A stretch of 38,089 bases of DNA from a virus (lineage: Duplodnaviria; Caudoviricetes): positions 1 to 38,089 of the IMG/VR virus record IMGVR_UViG_3300001866_000025; one strand, given 5' to 3'. Both the position numbers and the translations under genes were made by a program. Under the pieces are notes generated by a model, which saw only the letters and a list, made by a program, of their open reading frames with translations, made no database searches and was not told where the DNA came from. The first letter of the stretch is position 1, and each line of letters opens with the position of its first letter. This document shows, piece after piece, positions 7,583-16,816 of the stretch.

Positions 7583-9604
7583 ATGCACAATGATACTTAC
7601 ACTCAGTACAAAGAAGACCCAAAAGTAGACATGGTTGACGGCCAAGAAGGTGTGGCCGAATCATACGATAATTTCGCACTTGATTTACCTGATAGCGAAA
7701 TAACCGACATTTTAGATAAGCGCATAAATGACAGCCGAGCATTTTGGAATGACCAAGCAGGATTTAATCTAAAAAGTAGGCGAGAGCGAAACAATAGATT
7801 TGTATTGGGCGATCATTGGTATGACTCAGGCTCTTTACAAGGCGGTATACCTTACGTGCAGAATGAAATATTTACAGCCGAGCAAGTCATATCGTCATAC
7901 GTCACATCAAGGTTACCAGAGGTTGAAGTATATCCTGGTCAAGATACTCCTGAATCACGCCGACTAGCACAAAATATATCCACCTTATTAAAGGCTCATT
8001 CCGAAGAACACAACTTACAAGGTATTCTTACCAATATTGTGCTATCAATGCTAAACGATTATGTCGGATTGATTGAATTAGAATGGGATAAAGAATACGG
8101 CAAACTTGGCGATATTAGAATCAACCAGATTGCACCTCGAAACTTCATAGCTGATAAACGAGCCAAGCAAGGGTCAAACCCTGGTTTTAGCTCATTCAAC
8201 ATACAGAATACGGCCGAGGAGTTAATCGCTAAGTTCCCAAAGAAAAAAGAGGATATAACAAATAAAGTCGGTGGTAAACTACAATCTGTCATTACTTGGC
8301 GCAAAGTTTACGTTACTACTTATATAAATTCTAAGCCTACCGAAGCTTTAGTGTGCTACTTTGAAGATATTGTACTCGCTAAAAACAAACTACCGCATTG
8401 GATTTATGACGAGGAAACAGAGGAAGTAACTAACTATCTAAGTGAACCTACTAAACCTGTTATACCTTTTAACTATATAAATGACGGCTTACACTGGATT
8501 GATCGCTATGGGCCGATTGACCAAGTAATACCATTACAACTTATGATTGACAAAATAGGCCGACAAATCCAAAAGGGCATAGCCCATTCATCGCCTGTAT
8601 TAGTATTTAATAAAAAAGCTTTGCCTAAACCAGCCGCCGACCAAGTAAAAGGCGAACCTTGGGAAAAGATACTCGTAGACGCACAAGACGTTAACACGGC
8701 CTATGGAGTCATACAAGCCAATCAAATACCGGCTTTTGTCGTAAATGAGATTACAAGACTTGCAGGATCGCTACACGAGATATTCGGCACACCACCACAA
8801 CTTAGAGGTCAATCAGGCCAACAGACTGCTACGCAAGACTTAATGGCTCGCAATGAAGCCTATAATCGCCAGGATTTACTTGTTAGGGCAATAGATCGTT
8901 CATTGGATAAATACTTCAATTATTTACTACAAATGATAAAAGTCTACTATACCAAAGACCACTTTATATCGGCACTTGGCGAAGATGGCCGCTATGATTT
9001 CGTAACATTAAATAGGAATGATATTGAAGACGGTATAAAAGTCAGAGTCAAAGCCGGTTCAACCTTGCCAATGGACAAAGGCAGACTTGAACAAGTAGCC
9101 CTAAGCCTAGCAAAGATGGGTAAAATATCACTACTATCTCTATACGAGTTCCTAGACGTTCCAAACCCAGGCAAACACGTTGAGCGTGTCCTTAAAGAGC
9201 AAATCGACCCAGTAACTACGATCGAGGATATACGCAACGACAATCAGGACGCTAATGCCGTAGAAGATTATGAAATGATTGAGGCCGGTCAAGAAGCAAT
9301 GCCACGAGATGATGTAGACTTAGGACATATTAAAACCCACCACAAACAACTGCTATCCAATGACTTCAAAATGTGGCCTGTGGAAAACCAAGAGATGTTT
9401 AAGGCTCATATCCAATTAGAGTTAGACAAAGTGAAAGCTCTCAATAACATTACCGAGGAAAGCCTATACCCACCTGAACCAGAAGAACCAAATCCAGGTA
9501 TAAATGCCAGTGTAAATGTTCCACCGGCTATGCAACAACCAGCTCCATCAAATATTCCACCAATCGCTCCGACCACTCCGCAGTTGCCATCTCCAATGAT
9601 GTGA
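7583..9604 (+). CDS. portal protein (P22-like size)
   Basis: 673 aa directly after TerL and before scaffold/capsid; mostly helical with Pro-rich tail; assignment rests mainly on synteny. Confidence 0.8.
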   Translation: MHNDTYTQYKEDPKVDMVDGQEGVAESYDNFALDLPDSEITDILDKRINDSRAFWNDQAGFNLKSRRERNNRFVLGDHWYDSGSLQGGIPYVQNEIFTAEQVISSYVTSRLPEVEVYPGQDTPESRRLAQNISTLLKAHSEEHNLQGILTNIVLSMLNDYVGLIELEWDKEYGKLGDIRINQIAPRNFIADKRAKQGSNPGFSSFNIQNTAEELIAKFPKKKEDITNKVGGKLQSVITWRKVYVTTYINSKPTEALVCYFEDIVLAKNKLPHWIYDEETEEVTNYLSEPTKPVIPFNYINDGLHWIDRYGPIDQVIPLQLMIDKIGRQIQKGIAHSSPVLVFNKKALPKPAADQVKGEPWEKILVDAQDVNTAYGVIQANQIPAFVVNEITRLAGSLHEIFGTPPQLRGQSGQQTATQDLMARNEAYNRQDLLVRAIDRSLDKYFNYLLQMIKVYYTKDHFISALGEDGRYDFVTLNRNDIEDGIKVRVKAGSTLPMDKGRLEQVALSLAKMGKISLLSLYEFLDVPNPGKHVERVLKEQIDPVTTIEDIRNDNQDANAVEDYEMIEAGQEAMPRDDVDLGHIKTHHKQLLSNDFKMWPVENQEMFKAHIQLELDKVKALNNITEESLYPPEPEEPNPGINASVNVPPAMQQPAPSNIPPIAPTTPQLPSPMM

Positions 9605-9634
9605 TATACTAAAATCACTAAATAGGAGCAATCA

Positions 9635-10663
9635 ATGACATCACTTAATCAAGAAGTCGATTCAATCATTGCAGCGGATGGGATTGACAACTCAATACCA
9701 GCCGTAGCAGACGATACACAAACAGATAACCAAGATAACGCCGACAACAGTAATCAGGATGACAAAACGCCTGAATCTAATGACGTTGATAATCAAGATG
9801 ATACTCAAAAAGAGCCTGAAAATAAAACTGATGATACTGATGATAAATCAGGTGATAAACCAGATGAACAGCCAAAGATTGATGCTACCCCACCACCAGT
9901 AGAATCAAAACCGCAAGACCCTGTTACTTTCCTGCAAAGCCTTGATTTAACCGAAGACAAGATACTAAAAGATGACGGCTCGATTAAAGAGTTCAAAGAG
10001 GTTGTAAATATCGGCCAGTACTTAAACTCGCAAATTACACCGATTGAAGTAACAGGCAAAGATGGCCAAAAGTACAAGTTTAGTCTATTAGCTGATGTCG
10101 AGGAGAAGTTCCCCGACGGGTTCGAGGCTAAAAATAATATCGAACAACTTAAATTCAACAGTGCAATCATGGCTAACGAATCCAAGTTTAATAGTGCGAT
10201 TGAAACACTTAAATCAGCCGAGGCACAATATACCAAAGAGACTAGTGCATTCGTACAAGCCAAGAGCGATAATGAAAGAATCGGAAAAGAGTACCGAGCT
10301 ATGGCCGATGCTGGTTTAGTGCCTAAAGTAGAGGGCGATCCTAGCGACCCGAAATTCCTAGAACAACCAGCCATTAAAGAGCTTGATAAAATCTTGAACT
10401 TTATGGAAACTAAAAACAAGGAATTGGCAGAGAAAGGTTTGGGACAAATCAACAGCGTATATATAGCCAAACAAATTATGGACAACGAAACTAAATCATC
10501 CGACAAAGAAGATAAGAAGCAAGACATTATCAACCAACGCAATGAAGTTGCCAGTCTATCAGCTACGCCACCATCCGATGACGGCAAGAAAAAACAAACT
10601 TATACTAATGTGCCAATGTCACGCTTGGCAGACGAGATAATAGCTCAGGAGGGCTTACGATGA
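9635..10663 (+). CDS. capsid scaffolding protein (probable)
   Basis: acidic low-complexity N-terminus plus coiled coil, between portal and capsid; TGATATACT promoter and AGGAG SD upstream. Confidence 0.7.
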   Translation: MTSLNQEVDSIIAADGIDNSIPAVADDTQTDNQDNADNSNQDDKTPESNDVDNQDDTQKEPENKTDDTDDKSGDKPDEQPKIDATPPPVESKPQDPVTFLQSLDLTEDKILKDDGSIKEFKEVVNIGQYLNSQITPIEVTGKDGQKYKFSLLADVEEKFPDGFEAKNNIEQLKFNSAIMANESKFNSAIETLKSAEAQYTKETSAFVQAKSDNERIGKEYRAMADAGLVPKVEGDPSDPKFLEQPAIKELDKILNFMETKNKELAEKGLGQINSVYIAKQIMDNETKSSDKEDKKQDIINQRNEVASLSATPPSDDGKKKQTYTNVPMSRLADEIIAQEGLR

Positions 10664-10857
10664 ACGAAGTAGCATTTATACTAGCAATATTGGTCAGTAA
10701 AGACGTATTGTCATTACAAGAAGCGGTTAGTCTAAAAAAATCTTTATCGCAAGGAGTCATAAGCTCCAACCTAAAAGATATGATTGAAAAGGTTGACAAA
10801 GCTACCGAAACCAAAGAATCTGAATTTGAAACCATCCACGCTCAAGACATATTGTAG
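10660..10857 (+). CDS. hypothetical protein (65 aa)
   Basis: AGGAGG SD and ATGA overlap. Confidence 0.7.
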   Translation: MNEVAFILAILVSKDVLSLQEAVSLKKSLSQGVISSNLKDMIEKVDKATETKESEFETIHAQDIL

Positions 10858-10860
10858 CAA

Positions 10861-10927
10861 TTGATAAAAAAGTAACTCTGTGATATAGTCTTTACTAAGA
10901 AGACCCGAGTCACGGAGTCTTTTTTTA
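10861..10927 (+). promoter_or_regulatory. late leader element copy 2 (capsid), divergent
   Basis: TTGATA-17-TATAGT with extended TG; agac-ccg-AGTCA-cgg-a-gtct then T run. Confidence 0.65.
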
Positions 10928-10952
10928 TTAACAAAAGAAGGAGTAAAAAAGG

Positions 10953-12032
10953 ATGATTTTCAACAATAGAATCACCGATATTACGTACAACAAGATTCTT
11001 CCGAAGGTTGTTGATACGAAAAACGACGGCAACGTCGCAACTGCTCGTATTCTGGGCGTACAGCTCGGGCGAACATGGACTGGTTCAGTTCTGAATCAAG
11101 TTATCCAGATTGATAATGATTCAACTGGTGGTGCTTTCGACGGACTAGATCAATTCAGCACGGCACAAACCAACAATACTCGCTCATTGAGCTGGTATAC
11201 AAAGGGTTACTACCAATCAGTAGTTGCTTCCGGTATGGAGCAAGATGTAAACAACGGCGAAGCACAAGCTATCCGCTACATCGCTTCCATTATGGATAGA
11301 GCTAAGACTTCAATGCTTGAGGGCATCGGTACTTTATTCTACGGCATCGGCTCTGGTAAAAACTTTGACGGATTCGGTCTTATCGCTGATGACTCAACTT
11401 TGACAAGTACTTATGGTACTTTGGCACGTGCAACTTATGGTGACAATATCAACGCTTACGTTGACGCAGCCGCTACCCTCACATTTGAGGAAATCGCAGC
11501 AGCTATCGACGGTTCAAGTGCTTCTGGTATTGAAACCGAACGACCAAACATCGGCTATATGCCTGCAGCAGTATGGAGCATATTTGAAAGTCTGCACTAC
11601 GCAGCCGTTCAAGCTAAATACGATTCAGTAGGACTTAGTGGATACTCTACTATTAACGGTAATACCCCAATCGGACGAACAATCCCAGCTGACTCTCTAA
11701 AGGGTGCATCTGGTTTTGATAGCCTAAGCTTCCGCAAGATTCCATTCGTTGCTGACGCTAAAGCACCATCCGGCTCGTTGTTCTTGATTAACGAACACTA
11801 CCTGGAATTCCCAGTTTTGCGTTCAACAAGCAAGAGCGTCAAGAGCGTATCTCCAAACACTGAGGAACAAGAAGGTTACTACGCTGAAGCTAAAATGCCT
11901 TCAACGATTCAGTTCCGAGATATGATGGAATCTATTAACCAATATGGTTCTGCTGGATTCTTCCTGGTAATGGGTAATTTAATTCATCGCAATCCAAAGC
12001 GAAATGCTCGCTTAACTGGAATTGCGGCTTAA
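10953..12032 (+). CDS. major capsid protein
   Basis: 359 aa after the scaffold; LFYGIGSGKNFDGF, SGFDSLSFRKIPFVAD, GNLIHRNPKRNARLTGI resemble HK97-fold podovirus capsids. Confidence 0.85.
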   Translation: MIFNNRITDITYNKILPKVVDTKNDGNVATARILGVQLGRTWTGSVLNQVIQIDNDSTGGAFDGLDQFSTAQTNNTRSLSWYTKGYYQSVVASGMEQDVNNGEAQAIRYIASIMDRAKTSMLEGIGTLFYGIGSGKNFDGFGLIADDSTLTSTYGTLARATYGDNINAYVDAAATLTFEEIAAAIDGSSASGIETERPNIGYMPAAVWSIFESLHYAAVQAKYDSVGLSGYSTINGNTPIGRTIPADSLKGASGFDSLSFRKIPFVADAKAPSGSLFLINEHYLEFPVLRSTSKSVKSVSPNTEEQEGYYAEAKMPSTIQFRDMMESINQYGSAGFFLVMGNLIHRNPKRNARLTGIAA

Positions 12033-12042
12033 GGAGGATGAT

Positions 12043-12753
12043 ATGTCAAGACAATCACTTATAGCAATCAACACACGAGAAATCAGTTCGGTTAAACAAC
12101 ACGATATTGGTACAAAGTACGAAGATGAGTTTGGTAACATTTACCGATATATCAAGAATGCGGCTGTTGAGCTTGCACCTGGTAAAATCATTGTAAATGC
12201 TGACTCCGATTCCGACGCTACAAATGTAACCGTTGCTCGCACATACGCTGCTGGTGCAAAGGAAATAATCATCGACGCTGGTAATGCAATCGCCGCTGAC
12301 GCATTTGCAGATGGTACATTAACGGTAAACGATGCAAATGGCGAAGGTGTAACAGTAGTTGTAGCTGGTAATACAGTTACTACCGGTGCAGCCGAAATGA
12401 CAGTTACATTGAAACAACCTATTCCAGTCGCTTTGACTATTAACGTTTCAGAAGTCACTTTACAGAAAAATCCTTGGGATTCACCTGTTATTTCAATAGC
12501 AGACCAAGCTGATATGCCTGTTGGTGTTCCTAATGTTACGATCACCGCAAACTACTACGGTTGGGTACAGACACGAGGCACTTGCTCAGTCCTATTTGAC
12601 GAAGCTGTTGCCAAAGGTTTTGCGCTTACGATTGGTTCAAGCACTGTTGGAGCTGTTGAAGCAGCCGACGCAGCTGGTGAGCCAGTTCTAGGTGTCGCTC
12701 AAATGGCCGGTGTAGACACAGAATATCAACCAGCTTTCTTAACGATTGACTGA
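12043..12753 (+). CDS. capsid decoration/cement protein (start revised from 12022)
   Basis: AGGAGG SD; GNIYRYIK and YYGWVQTRG motifs; follows the capsid gene. Confidence 0.7.
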   Translation: MSRQSLIAINTREISSVKQHDIGTKYEDEFGNIYRYIKNAAVELAPGKIIVNADSDSDATNVTVARTYAAGAKEIIIDAGNAIAADAFADGTLTVNDANGEGVTVVVAGNTVTTGAAEMTVTLKQPIPVALTINVSEVTLQKNPWDSPVISIADQADMPVGVPNVTITANYYGWVQTRGTCSVLFDEAVAKGFALTIGSSTVGAVEAADAAGEPVLGVAQMAGVDTEYQPAFLTID

Positions 12754-12757
12754 TAAC

Positions 12758-12808
12758 CGCCTTTTACCGGAGTGAGTGGGGTTCGCCCCACCACATCCGA
12801 GAGGGTTT
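12758..12808 (+). other. long intergenic stem-loop with UUCG tetraloop
   Basis: cgga-gtg-a-gtgggg-TTCG-ccccac-cac-a-tccg; no U tract. Confidence 0.75.
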
Positions 12809-12822
12809 ACAAAGGATAAATT

Positions 12823-13368
12823 ATGGCACATAAAAAAGATTTGATTGAAAGCTTTGTACCTGTAGTTCGCTACAATGGTTTAAAGACTGAAAAAGCTGTA
12901 TCGCTAGGTAGTACATTGGCTGTCACTGGTGCTATTACAGCCACTGGTGGAGTCGCTGGTGCGGTTTCTGGTGCGGTTTCTGCTACGACACTTAATGCTA
13001 GTGGACTGACTAAAACACCAAACCCTGTATTACAACAGACAGTTACAGTGATTGATGCTCAAAACGGTACGCCAACGATTGCACAAATACTAGGTGGTAT
13101 CATTACGCACAACTCCAAGACTGGAGCAGGTACGGTAACAGTTCCGACTGGTACTGCTATGTCGGCTGGTGTATCTGGCGTGGCTGTCGGTTCGACTATC
13201 AAATGGACTTACTACAACTACGGCAACCAGACTGCAACCATTACGGCTGCTGATGGACATACCTTAGTAGGTGGTGCTGCCGCTGTTACAACTGGCAAAC
13301 ACGTATATGTAACTAGCTACTGCTCTGCTGCTAATACTTGGGTTTCGTTCCTGACCACATTGATGTAA
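12823..13368 (+). CDS. minor head/decoration protein (probable)
   Basis: G/A/T/V-rich beta-type protein in the head module. Confidence 0.6.
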   Translation: MAHKKDLIESFVPVVRYNGLKTEKAVSLGSTLAVTGAITATGGVAGAVSGAVSATTLNASGLTKTPNPVLQQTVTVIDAQNGTPTIAQILGGIITHNSKTGAGTVTVPTGTAMSAGVSGVAVGSTIKWTYYNYGNQTATITAADGHTLVGGAAAVTTGKHVYVTSYCSAANTWVSFLTTLM

Positions 13369-13393
13369 TATATTAATGGTGTCTACGCCAAGT

Positions 13394-13424
13394 AAAAAAC
13401 AGTCCCTATTGTGGGGCTGTTTTT
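13394..13424 (+). terminator. intrinsic terminator of the head operon (possibly bidirectional)
   Basis: aaaaacagtccc...gggctgttttt. Confidence 0.75.
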
Positions 13425-13442
13425 GTGTGTTATAATCTTGCT

Positions 13443-13625
13443 ATGAACGTAATTAAGCTTATAGAGGCTAGACGTGCCGAGCTTCAAAGGTTATTCGATA
13501 TAGAAACAGAAAAAGAAAACGCCGCCAAGACTGAAAAAATAAGGTTGCAAGGCGAATATAGAGCATTAGATTATATCCTTAATGAAACTAATAAAAAGAA
13601 AGCAGGGAAAGATGGACGAGTATAA
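13443..13625 (+). CDS. small coiled-coil protein, likely leaderless (start revised from 13425)
   Basis: TGTTATAAT 6 nt before ATG 13443; RLQGEYRAL. Confidence 0.7.
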   Translation: MNVIKLIEARRAELQRLFDIETEKENAAKTEKIRLQGEYRALDYILNETNKKKAGKDGRV

Positions 13626-14220
13626 CGAATCCGTTGCGCCAGACCAAAGTCTGAGAAAAACATTAAACAAAATATTTAGCAGATATAACTGGGTCGGTGT
13701 AAAAAACCCACTTGAAAAAGATTTTACGTGGCGTGTTGCTCTTGAGGAGAATGAGATTTTAGATTTCAGACAGGGCGATCCGATGAACGAAGAAAGAATG
13801 GCTCAGTCTAACAGTGGTATGTTCTTACCTGGTGATTCACCTATTAAGACACAGACTAAGGCCGTCCAGGTCAATCTAAAAGTTGGTGAAAAACGAATGA
13901 TAGTCGGTGAAGCTGCCTATGTCGTTGTGCCACGTTTATTTAATGCTTTAGTCCGTCAACGCTATGGCATATCTAAAGCCGGACTTGCTAAACTACGCAA
14001 TCCATCAATTCAAAAAGAACTTCTAAAAGAAATCATTGTCGGCCCAATCATTGATAACATCGGCCAAGCTATGCAAACTTACGTCAATGAAAAAATGGAG
14101 AAGATTGAGGGTTTTAGCGACGTTCAAACTGCCCCAAAAGGATTTAACAACCCAGAGGTTCTAGCTAAAGCGAGAGCTACTAGAGATGCAAACAAAGCAG
14201 CAAAAGCTCAATCAGCTTAA
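13612..14220 (+). CDS. hypothetical protein (start revised from 13582)
   Basis: long ORF with AGGG SD-like site before ATG 13612. Confidence 0.7.
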   Translation: MDEYNESVAPDQSLRKTLNKIFSRYNWVGVKNPLEKDFTWRVALEENEILDFRQGDPMNEERMAQSNSGMFLPGDSPIKTQTKAVQVNLKVGEKRMIVGEAAYVVVPRLFNALVRQRYGISKAGLAKLRNPSIQKELLKEIIVGPIIDNIGQAMQTYVNEKMEKIEGFSDVQTAPKGFNNPEVLAKARATRDANKAAKAQSA

Positions 14221-14422
14221 TAAGACTATAATCGAACGCACAGAGTACTTGCGATCTGTGGAAATTCAAATAGAAGAAGTTTCAAATAATGGCAATAACA
14301 GGTTATTTGATATTCAGGGACAGATAGATAGAGCTGAAAGAGAATTGGCTGGTGTTATGAAGCGTATGTTTGAAATAGAACAAATCATAAGAGAAAAACA
14401 AAATATAGCAGATAGCTTATAG
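14186..14422 (+). CDS. coiled-coil hypothetical protein
   Basis: heptad-like sequence filling the gap. Confidence 0.65.
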   Translation: MQTKQQKLNQLNKTIIERTEYLRSVEIQIEEVSNNGNNRLFDIQGQIDRAERELAGVMKRMFEIEQIIREKQNIADSL

Positions 14423-14428
14423 TTGTTG

Positions 14429-14480
14429 TATAATGAAGTCAAAGGCCAGAGCTAGTTATCTGGCTTTTTACTTTAGGAGA
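14429..14480 (+). promoter_or_regulatory. late leader element copy 3
   Basis: TATAAT...gccaga-gctagtta-tctggc-ttttt...AGGAG. Confidence 0.8.
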
Positions 14481-14483
14481 AAT

Positions 14484-14993
14484 ATGTCAATAGTAGAGCC
14501 TAACACGCCGAAAACATCTTGGACTATATCCAATACTATAGCTCAAACTACCAGTCTACTCAGTGATGAATCAGACATATTATTTGTTGATGAATTTGGT
14601 GCTAACCTATCTGACGGAATAATAGTTATATATGATTTTGAGGATATGCCTGCCAGTTGGGATTCGATTGATGAAAACTCTACTGATTGGGCTGAGGCTT
14701 ATGCGATTGCTACTAGTGGCGATCGTGTAACCGAAAGTGGTGATATAAGAGTTACTGCCAATGGTGATATTAGAATAATGACAATATGCAACTCCAATAA
14801 AGTGTTGGCCCATGACTGGGATGATGAAACTAATCAGACTACATCTTGGGCTGATCCATACGTTTTAACATCAGATTACTACTTATTGACAGTAAGCGGA
14901 GATAGCAGAGTAACTGAGAGTGGTGACATTCGTGTTATGGCTGTATCTAATAACAATAATAAGCCGAGTACGGCATGGAGCGAAGAATACTAA
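14484..14993 (+). CDS. virion protein with internal repeats (start revised from 14433)
   Basis: RVTESGDIRV twice plus VTANGDIRI; AGGAG SD before ATG 14484. Confidence 0.7.
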   Translation: MSIVEPNTPKTSWTISNTIAQTTSLLSDESDILFVDEFGANLSDGIIVIYDFEDMPASWDSIDENSTDWAEAYAIATSGDRVTESGDIRVTANGDIRIMTICNSNKVLAHDWDDETNQTTSWADPYVLTSDYYLLTVSGDSRVTESGDIRVMAVSNNNNKPSTAWSEEY

Positions 14994-15781
14994 TGGCTAA
15001 CGTAACAATTATGGATTTAGACGAATTGACATCTGTCGATAGGGCGGCTGATTATTTAGAGATAACCGACGCAACCGATTCAGATAATTCAAAACGAGCC
15101 AGCGTCAATAGTTTACTTGATTTGGCTTCACATCCTGTCGGTTTAACTGATACGCAGACTTTGACTAATAAAACAATAACTGCCCCGTCCGTATCCGATC
15201 CTGTGTTAAGTGGCACTCTGACTGGCACTTATACAATAGGTGGCACTCCGACATTCCCAGCCGCAGTCGTTACGCTCACAGGCTCTCAGACGCTCACAAA
15301 TAAAGTTCTAACCAGTCCGACTATAAATACTGCAACTATAGCTAACCCGACGCTTACAGTCGATACTATAGCCGAATATACGGCCGCCAATGGAGTTGCG
15401 ATTGACGGTGTAACTTGCAAGGATTCTGATGTCACTGCCAACGATATTACCGGCACTGGAAATCTTGCGATTACTGGGACTTCTACTTTGACAGGTGCGG
15501 TAACTATGGGCGATACATTAGCGGTGACAGGTGCTTCAACCTTAACAGGACAACTGAGTGTGCAAACTGGGACGGCATTGCCAGCCGGTGGAGCCGCTAC
15601 ATCTGGTATATTAGCGACAACTACGGCAAGTTTTGGTATTTTCTGGGGTTCTGGTGCACCGACATTAAGCGCAGCTAAAGGCTCTATATATCTTAGGTCT
15701 GATGGCTCATCAACCTCAACTAGGTTATATGTAAATACTAATGCGTCTACTACGTGGACTAACTTTACGAGTGCGGCATAG
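14993..15781 (+). CDS. fibre protein 1 (start revised from 14975)
   Basis: TQTLTNKT repeats, Thr/Gly-rich shaft, GSGAPTLSAAKGSIYLRSDG tip motif. Confidence 0.75.
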   Translation: MANVTIMDLDELTSVDRAADYLEITDATDSDNSKRASVNSLLDLASHPVGLTDTQTLTNKTITAPSVSDPVLSGTLTGTYTIGGTPTFPAAVVTLTGSQTLTNKVLTSPTINTATIANPTLTVDTIAEYTAANGVAIDGVTCKDSDVTANDITGTGNLAITGTSTLTGAVTMGDTLAVTGASTLTGQLSVQTGTALPAGGAATSGILATTTASFGIFWGSGAPTLSAAKGSIYLRSDGSSTSTRLYVNTNASTTWTNFTSAA

Positions 15782-15789
15782 GAGATATT

Positions 15790-16680
15790 ATGATTACAAC
15801 TTTTCAGCAAATATATGAAGAGGTACAAAGCTCAACTCAGAGTTCAAGTGCCACTGAACTTATACTTATAAAGCGAGACGCTAACATAGCCACTCAAAGA
15901 TTCAAAAGTGTTATGACAAGACCTTGGTCTAGGATAGCCAAAAAAGCTAATTCGGTGGCAAACCAACAGGATTATCAACTACCAAGGAGCGTTCTAAGAG
16001 TGTCTGGCGTTGATTATCTAAGCGGCACGACTTATTACCCATTGATTGAAGTATCATCTGAACAGAATTGGAATACATTAAACGCTATGGGAAACGGTAC
16101 TGGTCAACCTAGATTCTTCTTCCCTAAAGGCAAAGACGTTATATCGCTATTTCCGACTCCTGGGTCTGCCGTGACTGATGGTATAAGAGTTTATTATGAA
16201 CCAAAGCAACCTAGAATGATAAGTGCCGATTATACGACTGGGACTGTAACTGTAACTAACGGTAGCACTACGATTACTCATTCAGGCACAGGTTTTACGG
16301 CTGATATGGTAGGTAGGTATATATATATTACCGACGGATCGGACGGCAACGATTATCAAATAGTAGAATATACAGATACTAGCAATGTAGTAATAGAGAA
16401 TTACTATGAGGGTACAAGCGGTGCTGGTAAGACTTTCGTGATAGGAATTGTTCCAGATATACCAGATGAATATATACCATCTATAACTGATTATTGTATT
16501 GGTAGATTCTTTTTGAGGCGTGGAAACAGAAGTGCCGGTGCTGATTTTATAAGTATGTTCAATATGTCGATTGATGAGTGCAAGGAAACTTACGCATCAC
16601 CGACGAGTATGCCGAATATCCAGAGTCTGTACGATTTATCATATAATATGTTCGACACGCCCCCAGGCACGTTGAGTTAG
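15790..16680 (+). CDS. head-tail adaptor protein (probable)
   Basis: NQQDYQLP, GQPRFF, LFPTP, PDIPDEY pattern, with an inserted GTVTVTNGSTTIT Ig-like segment. Confidence 0.7.
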   Translation: MITTFQQIYEEVQSSTQSSSATELILIKRDANIATQRFKSVMTRPWSRIAKKANSVANQQDYQLPRSVLRVSGVDYLSGTTYYPLIEVSSEQNWNTLNAMGNGTGQPRFFFPKGKDVISLFPTPGSAVTDGIRVYYEPKQPRMISADYTTGTVTVTNGSTTITHSGTGFTADMVGRYIYITDGSDGNDYQIVEYTDTSNVVIENYYEGTSGAGKTFVIGIVPDIPDEYIPSITDYCIGRFFLRRGNRSAGADFISMFNMSIDECKETYASPTSMPNIQSLYDLSYNMFDTPPGTLS

Positions 16681-16687
16681 GAGTTTT

Positions 16688-16816
16688 ATGCCATTATTAA
16701 AAGGTAAGTCCGCCAAAATAATATCGGAAAATGTCAGGCGTGAAATAAAATCAGGTAAAAAGAAAAATCAAGCTGTTGCAATTGCTCTTAGTATAGCTGG
16801 AAAGAATAACAAATGA
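16688..16816 (+). CDS. small basic phage protein (42 aa), not in the ORF track
   Basis: MPLLKGKSAKIISENVRREIKSGKKKNQAVAIALS resembles a recurring small phage family; AGGAG SD; ATGA overlap. Confidence 0.75.
   Translation: MPLLKGKSAKIISENVRREIKSGKKKNQAVAIALSIAGKNNK

Noticed and set aside
9805-10587. 260-aa antisense ORF over the scaffold gene
   Set aside because: Ser/Leu-rich shadow of a biased sense gene with no motifs or SD. The same applies to 12141..12545, 15286..15828, 21154..21768 and 25894..26484.
12022-12043. Capsid frameshift into the decoration protein
   Set aside because: No slippery heptamer, and the downstream gene has its own AGGAGG SD and ATG at 12043.
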